Assembly: GCF_000328765.2 (NCBI RefSeq)
Contig: NC_019954.2
Span: 2,473,780 to 2,505,779 of the forward strand
Direction: 5' to 3'
From: Tepidanaerobacter acetatoxydans Re1
GTDB taxonomy: Bacteria; Bacillota; Thermosediminibacteria; Thermosediminibacterales; Tepidanaerobacteraceae
DNA: 32,000 nucleotides
The position numbers and the translations under genes are program-made. Positions 1 through 9,847 of the stretch are shown here, piece by piece (position 1 is the first letter of the stretch; each line of letters begins with the position of its first letter). The notes under the pieces are model-generated. The model saw only the letters and a program-made list of their open reading frames with translations. It was not told the DNA's origin and made no database searches.

Positions 1-785
1 TTTTCTACATCTTCACCGAATACATTAATAACACCGGCCTTATTCATCATTTCCATAGATTGTTGAGGGGTAATTTGCATTAACTCATTAATATCAGGCA
101 TCCCCTCTACCTCAGCCAAATCCTGAACTATCCACTGGTCAAACCCGGGGTTCTTCTGATAAATAGCATTGTCCAGCCAAACAATCTCTGTAACCATCTC
201 TTCATCAAGGCCTTCTGCTTCCAATTCTTCGGGACTAAGCCCCAACTCCTCCAGCTCATCCAAAGGCATATTCATGGTTTGCTTTATATACATGGCCATT
301 GGTTCGTATTGAAAAATTCCTTCAATTGTAGCTTCCATTTTTGGCATATTCGGAATTTCAATTAAATCCTGAACTCCTTCAACTCCAAACTCAAGCTGAT
401 AGCTGCCTTTCATCTTATAAGTATTAGCCTCTTTAAGGCTTTCAGAATACTTTATAACTAGCTCGTCTGCTGTAAGATCTCCTGCTTTTTCCCTCCAAGA
501 TACTATTACCTGATTATTGTCATTATCCCAGGATACCACCCCGCCTTGACTTTCAAATAATTTTCGAATTGGAACGATTGGATCGTTTCCTACTTCTAAA
601 CCTGGGATTTTATTAAGAGCTGCAGACTGCACATAAGTAACACCGTCTTTTAAAGTAACGTCTGCCTGATATTCCTTACCGTTAAAAATCAACTTGACCT
701 GTTCTCCGGCAAAAGCCGTAGGTGCTACTAAAAGCATGATAAGTAAAGCAATTAAAAACTTATTTCCTATCTTCCTAGATAACAT
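1..785 (-). CDS. Copper amine oxidase-like stalk domain protein with signal peptide and C-terminal DUF6612/LppX-like region (truncated by window edge)
   Basis: Reverse-strand translation from ATG at 785: MLSRKIGNKFLIALLIMLLVAPTAFAGEQVKLIFNGKEYQADVTLKDGVTYVQSAALNKIPGLEVGNDPIVPIRKLFESQGGVVSWDNDNNQVIVSW..., open to the window start. Confidence 0.75.
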   Translation of the reverse strand, partial: MLSRKIGNKFLIALLIMLLVAPTAFAGEQVKLIFNGKEYQADVTLKDGVTYVQSAALNKIPGLEVGNDPIVPIRKLFESQGGVVSWDNDNNQVIVSWREKAGDLTADELVIKYSESLKEANTYKMKGSYQLEFGVEGVQDLIEIPNMPKMEATIEGIFQYEPMAMYIKQTMNMPLDELEELGLSPEELEAEGLDEEMVTEIVWLDNAIYQKNPGFDQWIVQDLAEVEGMPDINELMQITPQQSMEMMNKAGVINVFGEDVE

Positions 786-1108
786 TAATTTTACCTCCAT
801 ATTTTTTAGTTAAACAATACATCTTAAATATATTCGACGAGATAGATATTAAATCCTTTTTTGGTTTTAAAATATTTTATAATTTCTTCACTGAAAATAC
901 AATCAATAATATCTTCAACTCTCATAACTCTTTGCTGCATCCTGATTATTACATGATTGCACCACTTGATTTTGTAAATTCTTATTAAGTTTTTATTTTT
1001 CCTGTATAAGTGTATAAGCGGGCACTAACCCCTTACGCTTTTACACCTTGACGCACGCATCTGAATAGACTATATAAAACATCTTCTTTTAAGGAGTGAG
1101 ATATTTAA

Positions 1109-1704
1109 TGATACAAAATCAACCCCGTGCGACTATTAAAACTCACCGTATAAAAAAAGAAAGATTGGATGTAGAATATCCGGCAGTCGAAGGATTGGCC
1201 GATAAAAACGTGGAACAGTATATCAATTCAGTTTTAATGAGTATTGTAAATACCTTGATAGAGAAAACCGGTTATTATGAAAACCCCGCAACTGATGTGA
1301 CGGGAAGATATCATATAAGAACAAATGAGAATGGCTTTTTAAGCATTTCCATCGAAATGTATTGGTTTGCGGGTGGTGCTCACGGTATGACGGTCTTAAA
1401 ATCAGTTACTTTCGATTTGGGCACCGGAAGCATATACCGCCTGGAAGATCTTTTTAAAGAAAATGTGAATTATGTAAAGTCCCTGTCCGATATAATAAAA
1501 CGTCAAATAAAGGAAAAAAACATACCTCTTATAGTTGATTTTACCGAGATAAAGCCCGACCAGGATTTTTATATAGAAAACAGGACTCTTATGATATATT
1601 TCCAGTTATATGAACTTGCACCTTATGTTTATGGTTTCGTAACTTTTCCCATACCTACCCGAGAGATCCAGGATATCATTAGCGCAAATGGGCCCCTCTG
1701 TTAG
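1109..1704 (+). CDS. DUF4163/DUF3298 (RsiV-like) domain protein
   Basis: ORF with start at MIQNQPRA after an AAGGAGTG-like RBS; contains SIEMYWFAGGAHGMT...FDLGTGSIYRLEDLFK, typical of DUF3298. Confidence 0.75.
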
Positions 1705-1717
1705 GCCCTGCAAAGTG

Positions 1718-1796
1718 GTAAAGCAATTTGAAACACAAAGTAAAAATATTAAAAAAACTGTCGCCAATATGCTTGAAGAAGCAGATGCCATTGCAG
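1718..1796 (+). pseudogene. Fragment of AbrB-type TA antitoxin (C-terminal part), paralogous to 19583-19951
   Basis: gtaaagcaatttgaaacacaaagtaaaaatattaaaa...aatatgcttgaagaagcagatgccattgcag closely matches the segment encoding VKQFEVQSKNIKRAVTNMLEEADAIAA in 19583-19951. Confidence 0.85.
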
Positions 1797-1838
1797 TCTT
1801 TCTATTGTGGCAGGATTTACATATTGGCTGCAAGTTGC
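1793..1838 (-). pseudogene. HNH endonuclease C-terminal fragment
   Basis: Reverse strand encodes (G)NLQPICKSCHNRKTA, the HNH end motif; compare NIQSLCKSCHDRKTA in 20879-21265. Confidence 0.7.
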
Positions 1839-1858
1839 CGGCATCGTAAAACAGCTCT

Positions 1859-2024
1859 TCAGGACTTGTATTTAATAATGCTGCGTTTCCCTGGAGTCGA
1901 TAAAATAACGATATATAATAAGAAAGACACCTCACAAGCATCTCTACTTGTGAGGTGTCTGCGTCAATCCGCTTGTTGCCATGTCCGTCCGTTTTCGACA
2001 AAATTCGGGCGGTGCCAGGCACCT
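1859..2024. repeat. Dispersed two-hairpin repeat, copy A
   Basis: Contains aatgctgcgttt..ctggagtcgataaaataacgatata, a perfect 14-bp stem (agacacctcacaag 1925-1938 / cttgtgaggtgtct 1947-1960) and tttcgacaaaattcgggcGGTGCCAGGCACC. Related copies near 10078-10186, 25420-25450 and 26113-26266. Confidence 0.85.
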
Positions 2025-2099
2025 TAACACTTGTTTTTTCTTATAATCTATGTTAATGTTTTATTACGCTTTGATTTTTAATTTTTCAAGCCATGGCAA

Positions 2100-3443
2100 T
2101 TAGCTTTCTTCATAGCTAATTTCCATGGTTACTTTTTTCTCTAAAAGAAAACCATATGCTATCGCAAAAGCAAATATGCAGAGATTTCCGATAACTGCCG
2201 CTTTAGAAATATTCCTTGCAAGCAAAAAAGTTTGAACAACATTTATTCCTGCGGAAACTATTGCAAAAAACCACAACATGCCGTTACTTACATGGAATTT
2301 AGATCTTTCCCATATCTCCGGTATAACCTTAGGCAGTCTTACTATCGAAATTGATAGCACTATTAAAAACCCTCTGTTTATAAACAAAACTATATTTCCG
2401 ACAAATCCGATATCCCATCCGGTCAAGATAGGCAGTATGCCTACAATATAGAAAAGTAGTAGTAAATAAACCGGTGTCTTATATTTTGGATGTAATTTTC
2501 CGAGTGTTTTAGGAAACCAGCCGTCAATACATGCTTGTAAGACGGGTTTTGTTATTCCACCTATTTGAGAGTTAAGTGTCGTAGTAAGTGCAAACAAGGC
2601 TCCGCAAACTATAAAGAATACGTACAACGGCTTTGGCAGTATTTTTGCAGCAACTACCGTAAGCGGCTGATTTGCTACTTCAGGCACCGGCAGCACTCCT
2701 GCTGCGACAATTGACATAAGCCCATATAGAAAGGCTACACAGACAGTGGATACTACAATCACAAATGGTATGTCTTTTACCGGATTTTTTGCTTCGGCTC
2801 CATAATTTAATACTATGCTTGCACCTCCTGTGGCAAAGGTTAAAAATGCGGCCGTTGACAGCAGCCCCAGCACTCCTGAGGTCATATAATACGGTTCACT
2901 AAAAAATCCCGGCTGCACTTTAGGCAACCCAAATCCGGTAAATACTGCTAATGCCGTTGCTAAGACAACAACCATTATGTTCTGTAGCTTTGACGCTTGC
3001 TGAATTCCAAAATAATTTGTTATGAAAAAAAGTGTCATTATCCCTGCAGATACTAATTTGTGCGGTGCGCCAGGTATAAGGGAAAGAAAATAATCGGCAA
3101 ATGACAGTGCATACATAGCTATAGATATATTGCTAACTATATATGTAATTATATACATTCCTGCCCATTTGGGGCTTGTCAAAAATGCTATCTGAGTATA
3201 ATTCCCGCCCCTCATCCTTACGGTTCCACCAAGTATTATTACAGGTATTTCCTGTATTAATACAAAAACCGCTGCAATAAGAAATGCCCAGAATACTGAT
3301 TTACCCGTCATGCCAATGGCTATTCCGGTCATAGACATGATGCCTGCGCCAATAATTTGGCCCACAGCCATGGCCATAAGATCCCACCTGCCTAAAACCC
3401 TGTTTAGGTCCTTGGTACTAACACTTACATCGCTCATAATCAT
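2100..3443 (-). CDS. APC family amino acid permease
   Basis: 447-aa multi-membrane ORF with LMAMAVGQIIGAGIMSMTGIAIGMTGKSVFWAF N-terminus typical of APC permeases; RBS ggagagatgat upstream. Confidence 0.85.
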   Translation of the reverse strand: MIMSDVSVSTKDLNRVLGRWDLMAMAVGQIIGAGIMSMTGIAIGMTGKSVFWAFLIAAVFVLIQEIPVIILGGTVRMRGGNYTQIAFLTSPKWAGMYIITYIVSNISIAMYALSFADYFLSLIPGAPHKLVSAGIMTLFFITNYFGIQQASKLQNIMVVVLATALAVFTGFGLPKVQPGFFSEPYYMTSGVLGLLSTAAFLTFATGGASIVLNYGAEAKNPVKDIPFVIVVSTVCVAFLYGLMSIVAAGVLPVPEVANQPLTVVAAKILPKPLYVFFIVCGALFALTTTLNSQIGGITKPVLQACIDGWFPKTLGKLHPKYKTPVYLLLLFYIVGILPILTGWDIGFVGNIVLFINRGFLIVLSISIVRLPKVIPEIWERSKFHVSNGMLWFFAIVSAGINVVQTFLLARNISKAAVIGNLCIFAFAIAYGFLLEKKVTMEISYEES

Positions 3444-3520
3444 CTCTCCTTTTTTTCAAAATTCAATATATATCCCCTTTTCCTGCACATGTTTTTACTG
3501 CAGGAAAAGGGAATTTGGGG

Positions 3521-4726
3521 TCATTTGCTGTATTCTTCGTTTATAGCTTTGGATATTCTTTCTAATCCCTGCGCAAGCAAGATTTTCGGGCATGCAAAAT
3601 TTAGCCTAATAAATCCGTCTCCGCCCCTACCAAACCAAGTTCCGCCATCTAAAGCAACTTTTCCTTTCTTATAAACAACGCTTTCCAATTTTTTGCCGTT
3701 TGGTTCATATTCCCTTAAATCAAGCCACCCTAAATAAGTCCCCTGAGGCTCAATCAATTTTGCTTTTGGAAGATGTTCTGCAAGGTAATAATGAATAAAC
3801 CTAATATTTTCTTCCAAATAATCTAAAAGCTGATCTAACCAATCTTCACACTCATTATAAGCTGCTTCAAGGGCTGCGATACTAAAGGGGTTTTGACCGC
3901 CAATCGCATTTTTCTCCAGTATTCTTTCAAATTTCTCCCTAAGAACAGGATTTTTTATGATAATATTGGATGCTTGCATGCCTGCAAGGTTAAATGTTTT
4001 ACTCGGTGCGGTACATGTTATAGAGTTTGCAGCAAATTCTTCCTTTATGGAAGCAAACATCGTATGCTTGTACCTTGAAAAGACCAAATCATTGTGAATT
4101 TCATCAGCAAGAACAATTACATTGTTTTTGCAGCAAATGTCACCGATTTTTTCCAGTTCTTCTTTTGTCCAAACCCTTGAAACAGGGTTATGCGGACTAC
4201 AGAGTATGAAAAGTGTCAGTTTTGGGTCTTTTGCCTTCTTTTCAAAATCCGCAAAATCTATTTCATAATAATCTCCGTTAAGCTTTAATGTATTATCTAC
4301 TATATGGCAGCCATTGTTTTCTATTGCACCGTGGAAAGGATAATACACCGGATTTTGTATCATTATCTTATCCCCCGGCATGCAAAAAGCTTGGATCGCA
4401 TAGTTAATCGCCGGCACTACTCCTGGGGTAAATTCAATCCATTCTCTCTTTATTTCCCACCCGTGGCGCCTCTTTGTCCAATTGATTATTGCTTCATAAT
4501 AAGAATCTGGCCTGCTGCTATATCCATATATACCATGCTCGGCTTGCTTTACAACCGCATCAACTATAGGACGTGCTGCTTTAAAATCCATATCAGCCAC
4601 CCAAAACGGCAGCACATCCTCTACGCCGAACATTTCTTGCAGAGTTTTTTTATCCCACTTTGCCGAATTAGTTCCTGAGCGATCAATTACTTCATCAAAG
4701 TTATACCTCACAACAATCTCTCCCAT
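3521..4726 (-). CDS. MalY/PatB family pyridoxal-phosphate enzyme (putative C-S lyase / class I-II aminotransferase)
   Basis: 401-aa ORF with VLPFWVADMDF, ILCSPHNPVSRVWTKEEL, VLADEIHNDL, APSKTFNLAGMQ (PLP lysine) and FVRLNFACP-like end. Confidence 0.9.
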   Translation of the reverse strand: MGEIVVRYNFDEVIDRSGTNSAKWDKKTLQEMFGVEDVLPFWVADMDFKAARPIVDAVVKQAEHGIYGYSSRPDSYYEAIINWTKRRHGWEIKREWIEFTPGVVPAINYAIQAFCMPGDKIMIQNPVYYPFHGAIENNGCHIVDNTLKLNGDYYEIDFADFEKKAKDPKLTLFILCSPHNPVSRVWTKEELEKIGDICCKNNVIVLADEIHNDLVFSRYKHTMFASIKEEFAANSITCTAPSKTFNLAGMQASNIIIKNPVLREKFERILEKNAIGGQNPFSIAALEAAYNECEDWLDQLLDYLEENIRFIHYYLAEHLPKAKLIEPQGTYLGWLDLREYEPNGKKLESVVYKKGKVALDGGTWFGRGGDGFIRLNFACPKILLAQGLERISKAINEEYSK

Positions 4727-4822
4727 CCTAATATTTTAAGATAAATCTTAGATAACTCTTGCTTCTTTTTTTGTTAGATTTTAAGCATCAATATTTGCAA
4801 CTCATTTTTTAATTTCATCATT

Positions 4823-5023
4823 TCAGGCAGGTCTGTTTAACAGTTCTTCAACCTTCACCCCCAATGCATCAGCAATAATTTTTAATTCGTTGGCCTTGAG
4901 GAATCTTGTATTGTTCTCTATTTTGCTAATCTGAGATTGGTTGAAGATTCTAGTCCTTCGAGCAAGTTCAGACTGTGACAAGTTGTTTTGTTTTCTAAGC
5001 TGCTTTATCTTTTGGCCAAACAT
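4823..5023 (-). CDS. XRE family helix-turn-helix regulator
   Basis: 66 aa: IKQLRKQNNLSQSELARRTRIFNQSQISKIENNTRFLKANELKIIADALGV. Confidence 0.85.
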   Translation of the reverse strand: MFGQKIKQLRKQNNLSQSELARRTRIFNQSQISKIENNTRFLKANELKIIADALGVKVEELLNRPA

Positions 5024-5218
5024 AAGCTATCCTCCATATCTGGCTAATTATCTTAAATATTATTCTATTATCGCATAATATACAACTCATTATTATTCGT
5101 TTTATGAATAATTAACCCTCATATCTTAGTTTTTACTCTAAAAAACTTGTGATTTTGTAGTTTTTCATATATATTTAGTTTAGTAATATTCTATTTTCGA
5201 ATATGGGGTTATGATAAT

Positions 5219-5530
5219 ATGGCAAAAGGCGGTACGGACATTGGTAAAAGAATACGTCAGTTGCGCGAAAGCCTAGGATTATCAAATCGGCAGTTGGCTA
5301 TAAAAGCAGGCTTGTCGCAACCTGTCATGAACAGAATAGAAAACGGCAATCGCAAAGCGGATATAGAAACTTTAGAAAAAATTTGCTATGCTTTAGGTAT
5401 TACACTTATCGACTTTTTCAGTATTGATGAAGAAGAAATGTCTCCCGAATACCTAGAGCTTTTAAAAAACGCCAAAAAACTCTCTACCGAGCAGCTAAAA
5501 ATATTAAACGATATTATAAAAAATTTTTAG
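5219..5530 (+). CDS. XRE family helix-turn-helix regulator
   Basis: 103 aa: GKRIRQLRESLGLSNRQLAIKAGLSQPVMNRIENGNRKADIETLEKICYALGI. Confidence 0.9.
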   Translation: MAKGGTDIGKRIRQLRESLGLSNRQLAIKAGLSQPVMNRIENGNRKADIETLEKICYALGITLIDFFSIDEEEMSPEYLELLKNAKKLSTEQLKILNDIIKNF

Positions 5531-5540
5531 CAAGAAATTA

Positions 5541-5605
5541 TTACAGGATCGAATCAGTTTTGGGAGATAGATATAAAATACGGCTATATTATAGGAAACA
5601 ATCAG
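5541..5605 (+). pseudogene. Fragment of IS3-family OrfB (start of rve domain)
   Basis: ttacaggatcgaatcagttttgggagatagatataaaatacggctatatta... matches the segment of 7671-8483 encoding TGSNQLWEMDVKYGYITG. Confidence 0.8.
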
Positions 5606-5610
5606 TGTTT

Positions 5611-5850
5611 CAAAAAAGCGTCAAACTTTGATGACATTTTTGGCTCAAAGGACTGATTGTGAACGTTTTTTTAAACTAAAGGAAAAGCCTCTAAAAAATG
5701 CATATAAAACAGCTTTACTAAAATTAAATGAAAATCCTTATATCGGTTAGCCAAAACGTGGTGATCTAAGCGGTATTTATTGTTTTGATGTGAAGTATAA
5801 CGGTATTAATTATGAAGTTGCTTATACAATCAACGAAGTTAACGGTATAT
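5611..5850 (+). pseudogene. Decayed AbrB-type antitoxin tail plus RelE-like toxin relic, paralogous to 19900-20190
   Basis: aactttgatgacatttttggctcaaaggactgattgtgaacg... and cctttatcggttagccaaaacgtggtgatctaagcggtatttat...ggtattaattatgaagttgcttatacaatca align with 19920-20160; multiple in-frame stops and deletions. Confidence 0.85.
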
Positions 5851-5931
5851 GATCAACCACCGTTGCTGGGGTAAGTCTGATGCATTTCTTGCATTTATTC
5901 ATTTGTTCCAACCCCTAAAATAGGCATAAAA

Positions 5932-5950
5932 AAAGCCCTCTTTGGGCTTA
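5932..5950 (-). terminator. Rho-independent-like terminator
   Basis: Minus strand reads taagcccaaagagggcttttttta. Confidence 0.55.
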
Positions 5951-6096
5951 ATCAAGAATGTTGCGGTTCCTTATAATATCACAATTTTCTACATTTCTAT
6001 ATCAGGATCAATTAATTCTAACCATCTTTCACTCCCATCCTCTAGCCTTTCGTAGATATGACTATTAATTGCTTCTTCAAAAGCTTCATAATACCA

Positions 6097-6122
6097 TTTC
6101 GGGCGGTACCAAGCAAGGCACC
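6097..6122. repeat. Degenerate dispersed hairpin repeat, copy B
   Basis: tttcgggcGGTACCaagcaaGGCACC; one side degenerate relative to ttcgggcGGTGCCaGGCACC. Confidence 0.55.
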
Positions 6123-7670
6123 TTTTCTCACATTTTTATCTCTGCTACAAGTATTTGAAGTTCTTCTGCAAGCATTGCTAAACTCCCACTTGCTGATGCT
6201 ATCTCTTCCATAGAGGCTGCTTGTTCTTCTGTTGCTGCTGATACATTTTGTATGTTTTCTGCTATTCCTCTAGATTTGTTTTCTATAGAAGTTACAGAAC
6301 CAACTACATCTTCTGTTCCTTCTGCTACTTGGTTTATGGCTTTGGATATGTTTTGTATTTGTTTGGATATTTCGTCTATGGAGTCTATGATTGCTATAAA
6401 TGTTTCTTTTGTCTCGTCTATGGTTCCTAGTCCTTTGTCTACTTCTTCTTTGCTCATGTTCATGTTTTCATTTGCTTCGTCTATTATACTTTGATTTTTC
6501 TTTATTATTTCATATATGTCTTCTGTTGAGTGCTGTACTTCTCCTGCTAGTTTCCTTATCTCCTCTGCTACTACCGCAAATCCTCTTCCTGTTTCTCCTG
6601 CTCTTGCTGCTTCTATTGCTGCATTTAGTGCAAGTAAGTTGGTTTGTTCTGCGACATTTTGTATAACTTGAATTATGTTGTCCATCTCTTTGGAACTGTT
6701 GTCTACATCTACTAGGGATGTTTGTACTTTTCCGGTACTTTTGACTATATTATTCATTTGGGATATGACATTTTCTATATTATGCCTTCCTTCATCAGAA
6801 ATGCCTGATACTTCTTGACTTAGGTTGTTTATTTCTTCTGCGTTTGATGATATTTCTTGAATTTGAGCTGATATTTCTTCTACTGCTGATACAACGTTTA
6901 ATATATCCTTCTGCTGTTCTTCTGAGTCTGCGGCTATTTCGCTGGCTGATTCTGCTACGCTGCCACCTGCTGCTGCTGCTTCTTCGGATACGGCTGTTAG
7001 TTCTTCCGAGGATGAAGCGACTTGTTCCGAGGATTCTTTTACTTTTTTTGCAAAATCTCTTAAGGTGTTTATTATGGATTGGAAGGATAATGATATTTGA
7101 CCAATTTCATCTTTTCTTTTTAGGTCTTTTTCATCTATATCCTCTGTCAAATCCAATCTTTCTATTTTTTCTGCTACCTTTACTGATTTTATGATTGGTT
7201 TGGAAATAGAGTTCCCCATTATGGTGGAAAACATTATTGCAATTATAACTATTATTATACTAATCATAATTAATCTGTTTACTGATTTTTTAAAGGTTTT
7301 TAACATTTCAGCACTTGATATGGCTACTCCTACTTTCCAATTGGCTTCTTCCATATCTTCTACAAAAAATACTCGTTCTTTCCCATCATAATCATTTATT
7401 TTATTTATTCTATTTTTTGCAGCTTTTCCTGTTTCCATTATGTTTTTTAGTTCCCCATCTAATATTTCATTTATGTTTACATAGCCTTTTTCCGGGTCAG
7501 GATTAAAGGCTTCATTTTTGTGAGTTATAATATTTCCTTCTCCATCTATTAAAAATCCATAGGAATCTTTTCCTAAATCGGTCTGGTCCCCTATCTCTGG
7601 ACAATATCTTTGTATTTCTCATAAAATCGTACTTTTGCATTAACTTTAATAATTGTTTAAAGCTTAAAGA

Positions 7671-8483
7671 TTACGCCGTAAAAGGTTTGACCTTTACTGT
7701 ATCATCTATAAATGCTGCATAAAACTTATGCGGTGACATGAATTTTATACTGCCATGTCTCCTGCGCTCGTTATAGTATTTCATGTAGTCTGTTACTACG
7801 GAATAGACATGCATAAAACTTTCAAACTCGTTTTGACTGTAGCATTCATCCTCTAGAATTGAATGAAAAGATTCTATGTGAGCATTCATGTTTGGAGTTT
7901 TTACAGGAATTCTCTCATGTACGACGCCTAATTCCTTTACTGTTTCTTCAAAAAGATTGGAAGTAAATTGCGGACCGTTATCCGTTCTTATTTTAGGAAG
8001 TATCATACCTTTTGCCAAATTTCTTTTAGATAGTGAATTTTTAAGTACTCTTGCTGCATCTTTTGATTTGCAAGATAGTCCCAAATGATAATCAATTATT
8101 GAGCGGTCAAATACATCTATTAAAGACAGCTGAAAGAAGAATTGATCGGTTCCTGTAATATAGCCGTATTTTACATCCATCTCCCAAAGCTGATTAGATC
8201 CTGTTATAGTATCTTGCCTTGCTAAATGTTTTGGATGCTTTCTATGTATTGTTCGCTGGGGCTTTAGTATATTTAGCTCTTTACAAAGCCTATAAACCTT
8301 TTTACGGTTTATTAGCAAGTTATACTCTTCTTTGAGGCAAATAGTAAGCTTATTGTATCCATAGGGGAAACCGTCACCACATATTAGTTCGTTCAGCCAT
8401 TCTTTGATTTGTTCATCAGATATCTTTTCACCGGTTTTGGTTAAAGAGTATCCCGGACTTTCCTTCCTCCTACATTTTTGCAA
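7671..8483 (-). CDS. IS3-family transposase OrfB (rve integrase core); probably made as OrfAB by frameshift
   Basis: NQLWEMDVKYGYITGT..., IRTDNGPQFTSNLFEE, NAHIESFHSILEDECY, YNERRRHGSIKFMSP. Confidence 0.93.
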   Translation of the reverse strand: MQKCRRKESPGYSLTKTGEKISDEQIKEWLNELICGDGFPYGYNKLTICLKEEYNLLINRKKVYRLCKELNILKPQRTIHRKHPKHLARQDTITGSNQLWEMDVKYGYITGTDQFFFQLSLIDVFDRSIIDYHLGLSCKSKDAARVLKNSLSKRNLAKGMILPKIRTDNGPQFTSNLFEETVKELGVVHERIPVKTPNMNAHIESFHSILEDECYSQNEFESFMHVYSVVTDYMKYYNERRRHGSIKFMSPHKFYAAFIDDTVKVKPFTA

Positions 8484-8631
8484 GGAACAGATGAATTATT
8501 TTCTTCTTGTTTGCTTTTTTCTCTTGATAAATTAGCATAATATGTGGATGAAGATAGCCCGACAAAGTTCAGTATAAGGGATGCCTTATAGCCTTTACTG
8601 ATCCACTTTTTAGCTATTGCAACTTTGTCGG

Positions 8632-8943
8632 CTACTGAGGGTTTATCCTATCCCTCAAATCTCTCAATACTGCAAGCTCAAGTTCTTTTTCACCTAATAG
8701 TTTCTTAAGTGTATTGTTTTCTTTGCTTATAGCTTCTAATCTGTTCTCTACCTCACGGATACGTTTTTCTTCGCTTTTCGGCAATGGAGTAATTGAGCCT
8801 CTTTTTTGAGCTTTCCTAATCCAATTATGAATAGTATTTGATGAAATATCGTGTCTGCGAGCTACTAGGGCTACGTTTCCCACTTCCTGGCATTCTTTAA
8901 TTATTTGCTCTTTAAATTCTTCTGTGTATTGTTTTCTTGTCAT
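8632..8943 (-). CDS. IS3-family transposase OrfA (helix-turn-helix)
   Basis: MTRKQYTEEFKEQIIKECQEVGNVALVARRHDISSNTIHNWIRK. Confidence 0.93.
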   Translation of the reverse strand: MTRKQYTEEFKEQIIKECQEVGNVALVARRHDISSNTIHNWIRKAQKRGSITPLPKSEEKRIREVENRLEAISKENNTLKKLLGEKELELAVLRDLRDRINPQ

Positions 8944-9847
8944 TTAAGTTAACCCCCTGTTTTTATACTATCATATACAAAGATTTTCTCCAAGTTGGTT
9001 AGGGGGCTATAGAGAAATCACCTAAATCTATATTTGAAGTAACTCCTAGTATATAGGATAAATGTATGTCTGAAGCTAAAACTCCTACTAGTTTGTTATT
9101 TTTTTCAAGAGCTCTAGATATAGTAATTGTAACATCTCCTGTTTTAGCGTCTATATAAGGAGAAGATATTACTACATCATCTGATCCTTTAGCATTTATA
9201 TACCAATCTCTTTCAGTAGGTTTATAATCATCTGGAGGTATCCAACCGCCTCCTGATATTAAAGAATCATCGGGCAATCCAACATAGTATTCATTGCCTT
9301 CATTGATTTCTCCTTGACCACTTAAATAACCATATACATAATCAAATTCAAAATCGTCATTATATAAAAGAGCATCTGCTATTTCTTTTAAGGAATTTTT
9401 TTGTATGCTTAACCATTTATCCAATTCCTTTGCAGTAATTTTAGCTGAATTTCTTGCATTCTCTTCTGTTTCATTTAGAAGCTCTCCTGCTAAAAATTTA
9501 TAATTTATTAGTGTTGCTGAACAAATACTTACTATACATAAAATACATGTAAATAAAATTATTTTCGTTTTGATTTTCATATAAATTGCCTCCTCTATGT
9601 TTATCGTATTGTCAAATATAAAGATATATTTACAGAGAGTTTAATTTTAATTTAAATGATTTTCACCTGATAGACCTAAAATTGATATTAATAAGGCTCA
9701 TAATTCTCTTACTACTAAATATCACCTCCTATGGATTGCTTTGTTGTTTTCATGCAACTTACAAGTAAGCTAGCAGTTATGATAAGAATAACTATTAAAA
9801 TTTTTGCCCAAACCAGATACCTCCTAAACTTTATTTTTTTCCTCTAA

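Larger units (their letters stand above)
7580..9020 (-). mobile_element. IS3-family (IS150-like organisation) insertion sequence
   Basis: OrfA + OrfB with rve domain; imperfect terminal inverted sequences (TGGAGAAAATCTTTGTAT near 8975-8992 versus TGGACAATATCTTTGTAT near 7598-7615); 8-bp direct repeats CCTAAATC at 7572-7579 and 9021-9028. Confidence 0.8.
6128..9580 (-). pseudogene. Methyl-accepting chemotaxis protein (dCache + HAMP + MCP signaling domain) interrupted by IS3-family element
   Basis: N-terminal part 9580 to about 9021 (MKIKTKIILFTC...DIHLSYI..SNIDLG) and C-terminal part about 7579 to 6128 (..[20 protein letters not shown] ... [17 protein letters not shown] hairpin) lie on both sides of the insertion. 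Confidence 0.9.

Noticed and set aside
1606-2022. 138-aa minus-strand ORF as one gene
   Set aside because: It is a chance fusion across an HNH fragment, an antisense antitoxin fragment and a dispersed repeat.
1728-2027. 99-aa plus-strand ORF
   Set aside because: Reads antisense through the HNH fragment and into the dispersed repeat; no coherent protein.
6248-7194. Plus-strand ORFs opposite the MCP gene (6248-6430, 6252-6494, 6400-6666, 6844-7194)
   Set aside because: Leu/Ser-rich antisense frames of a clear MCP coding sequence.
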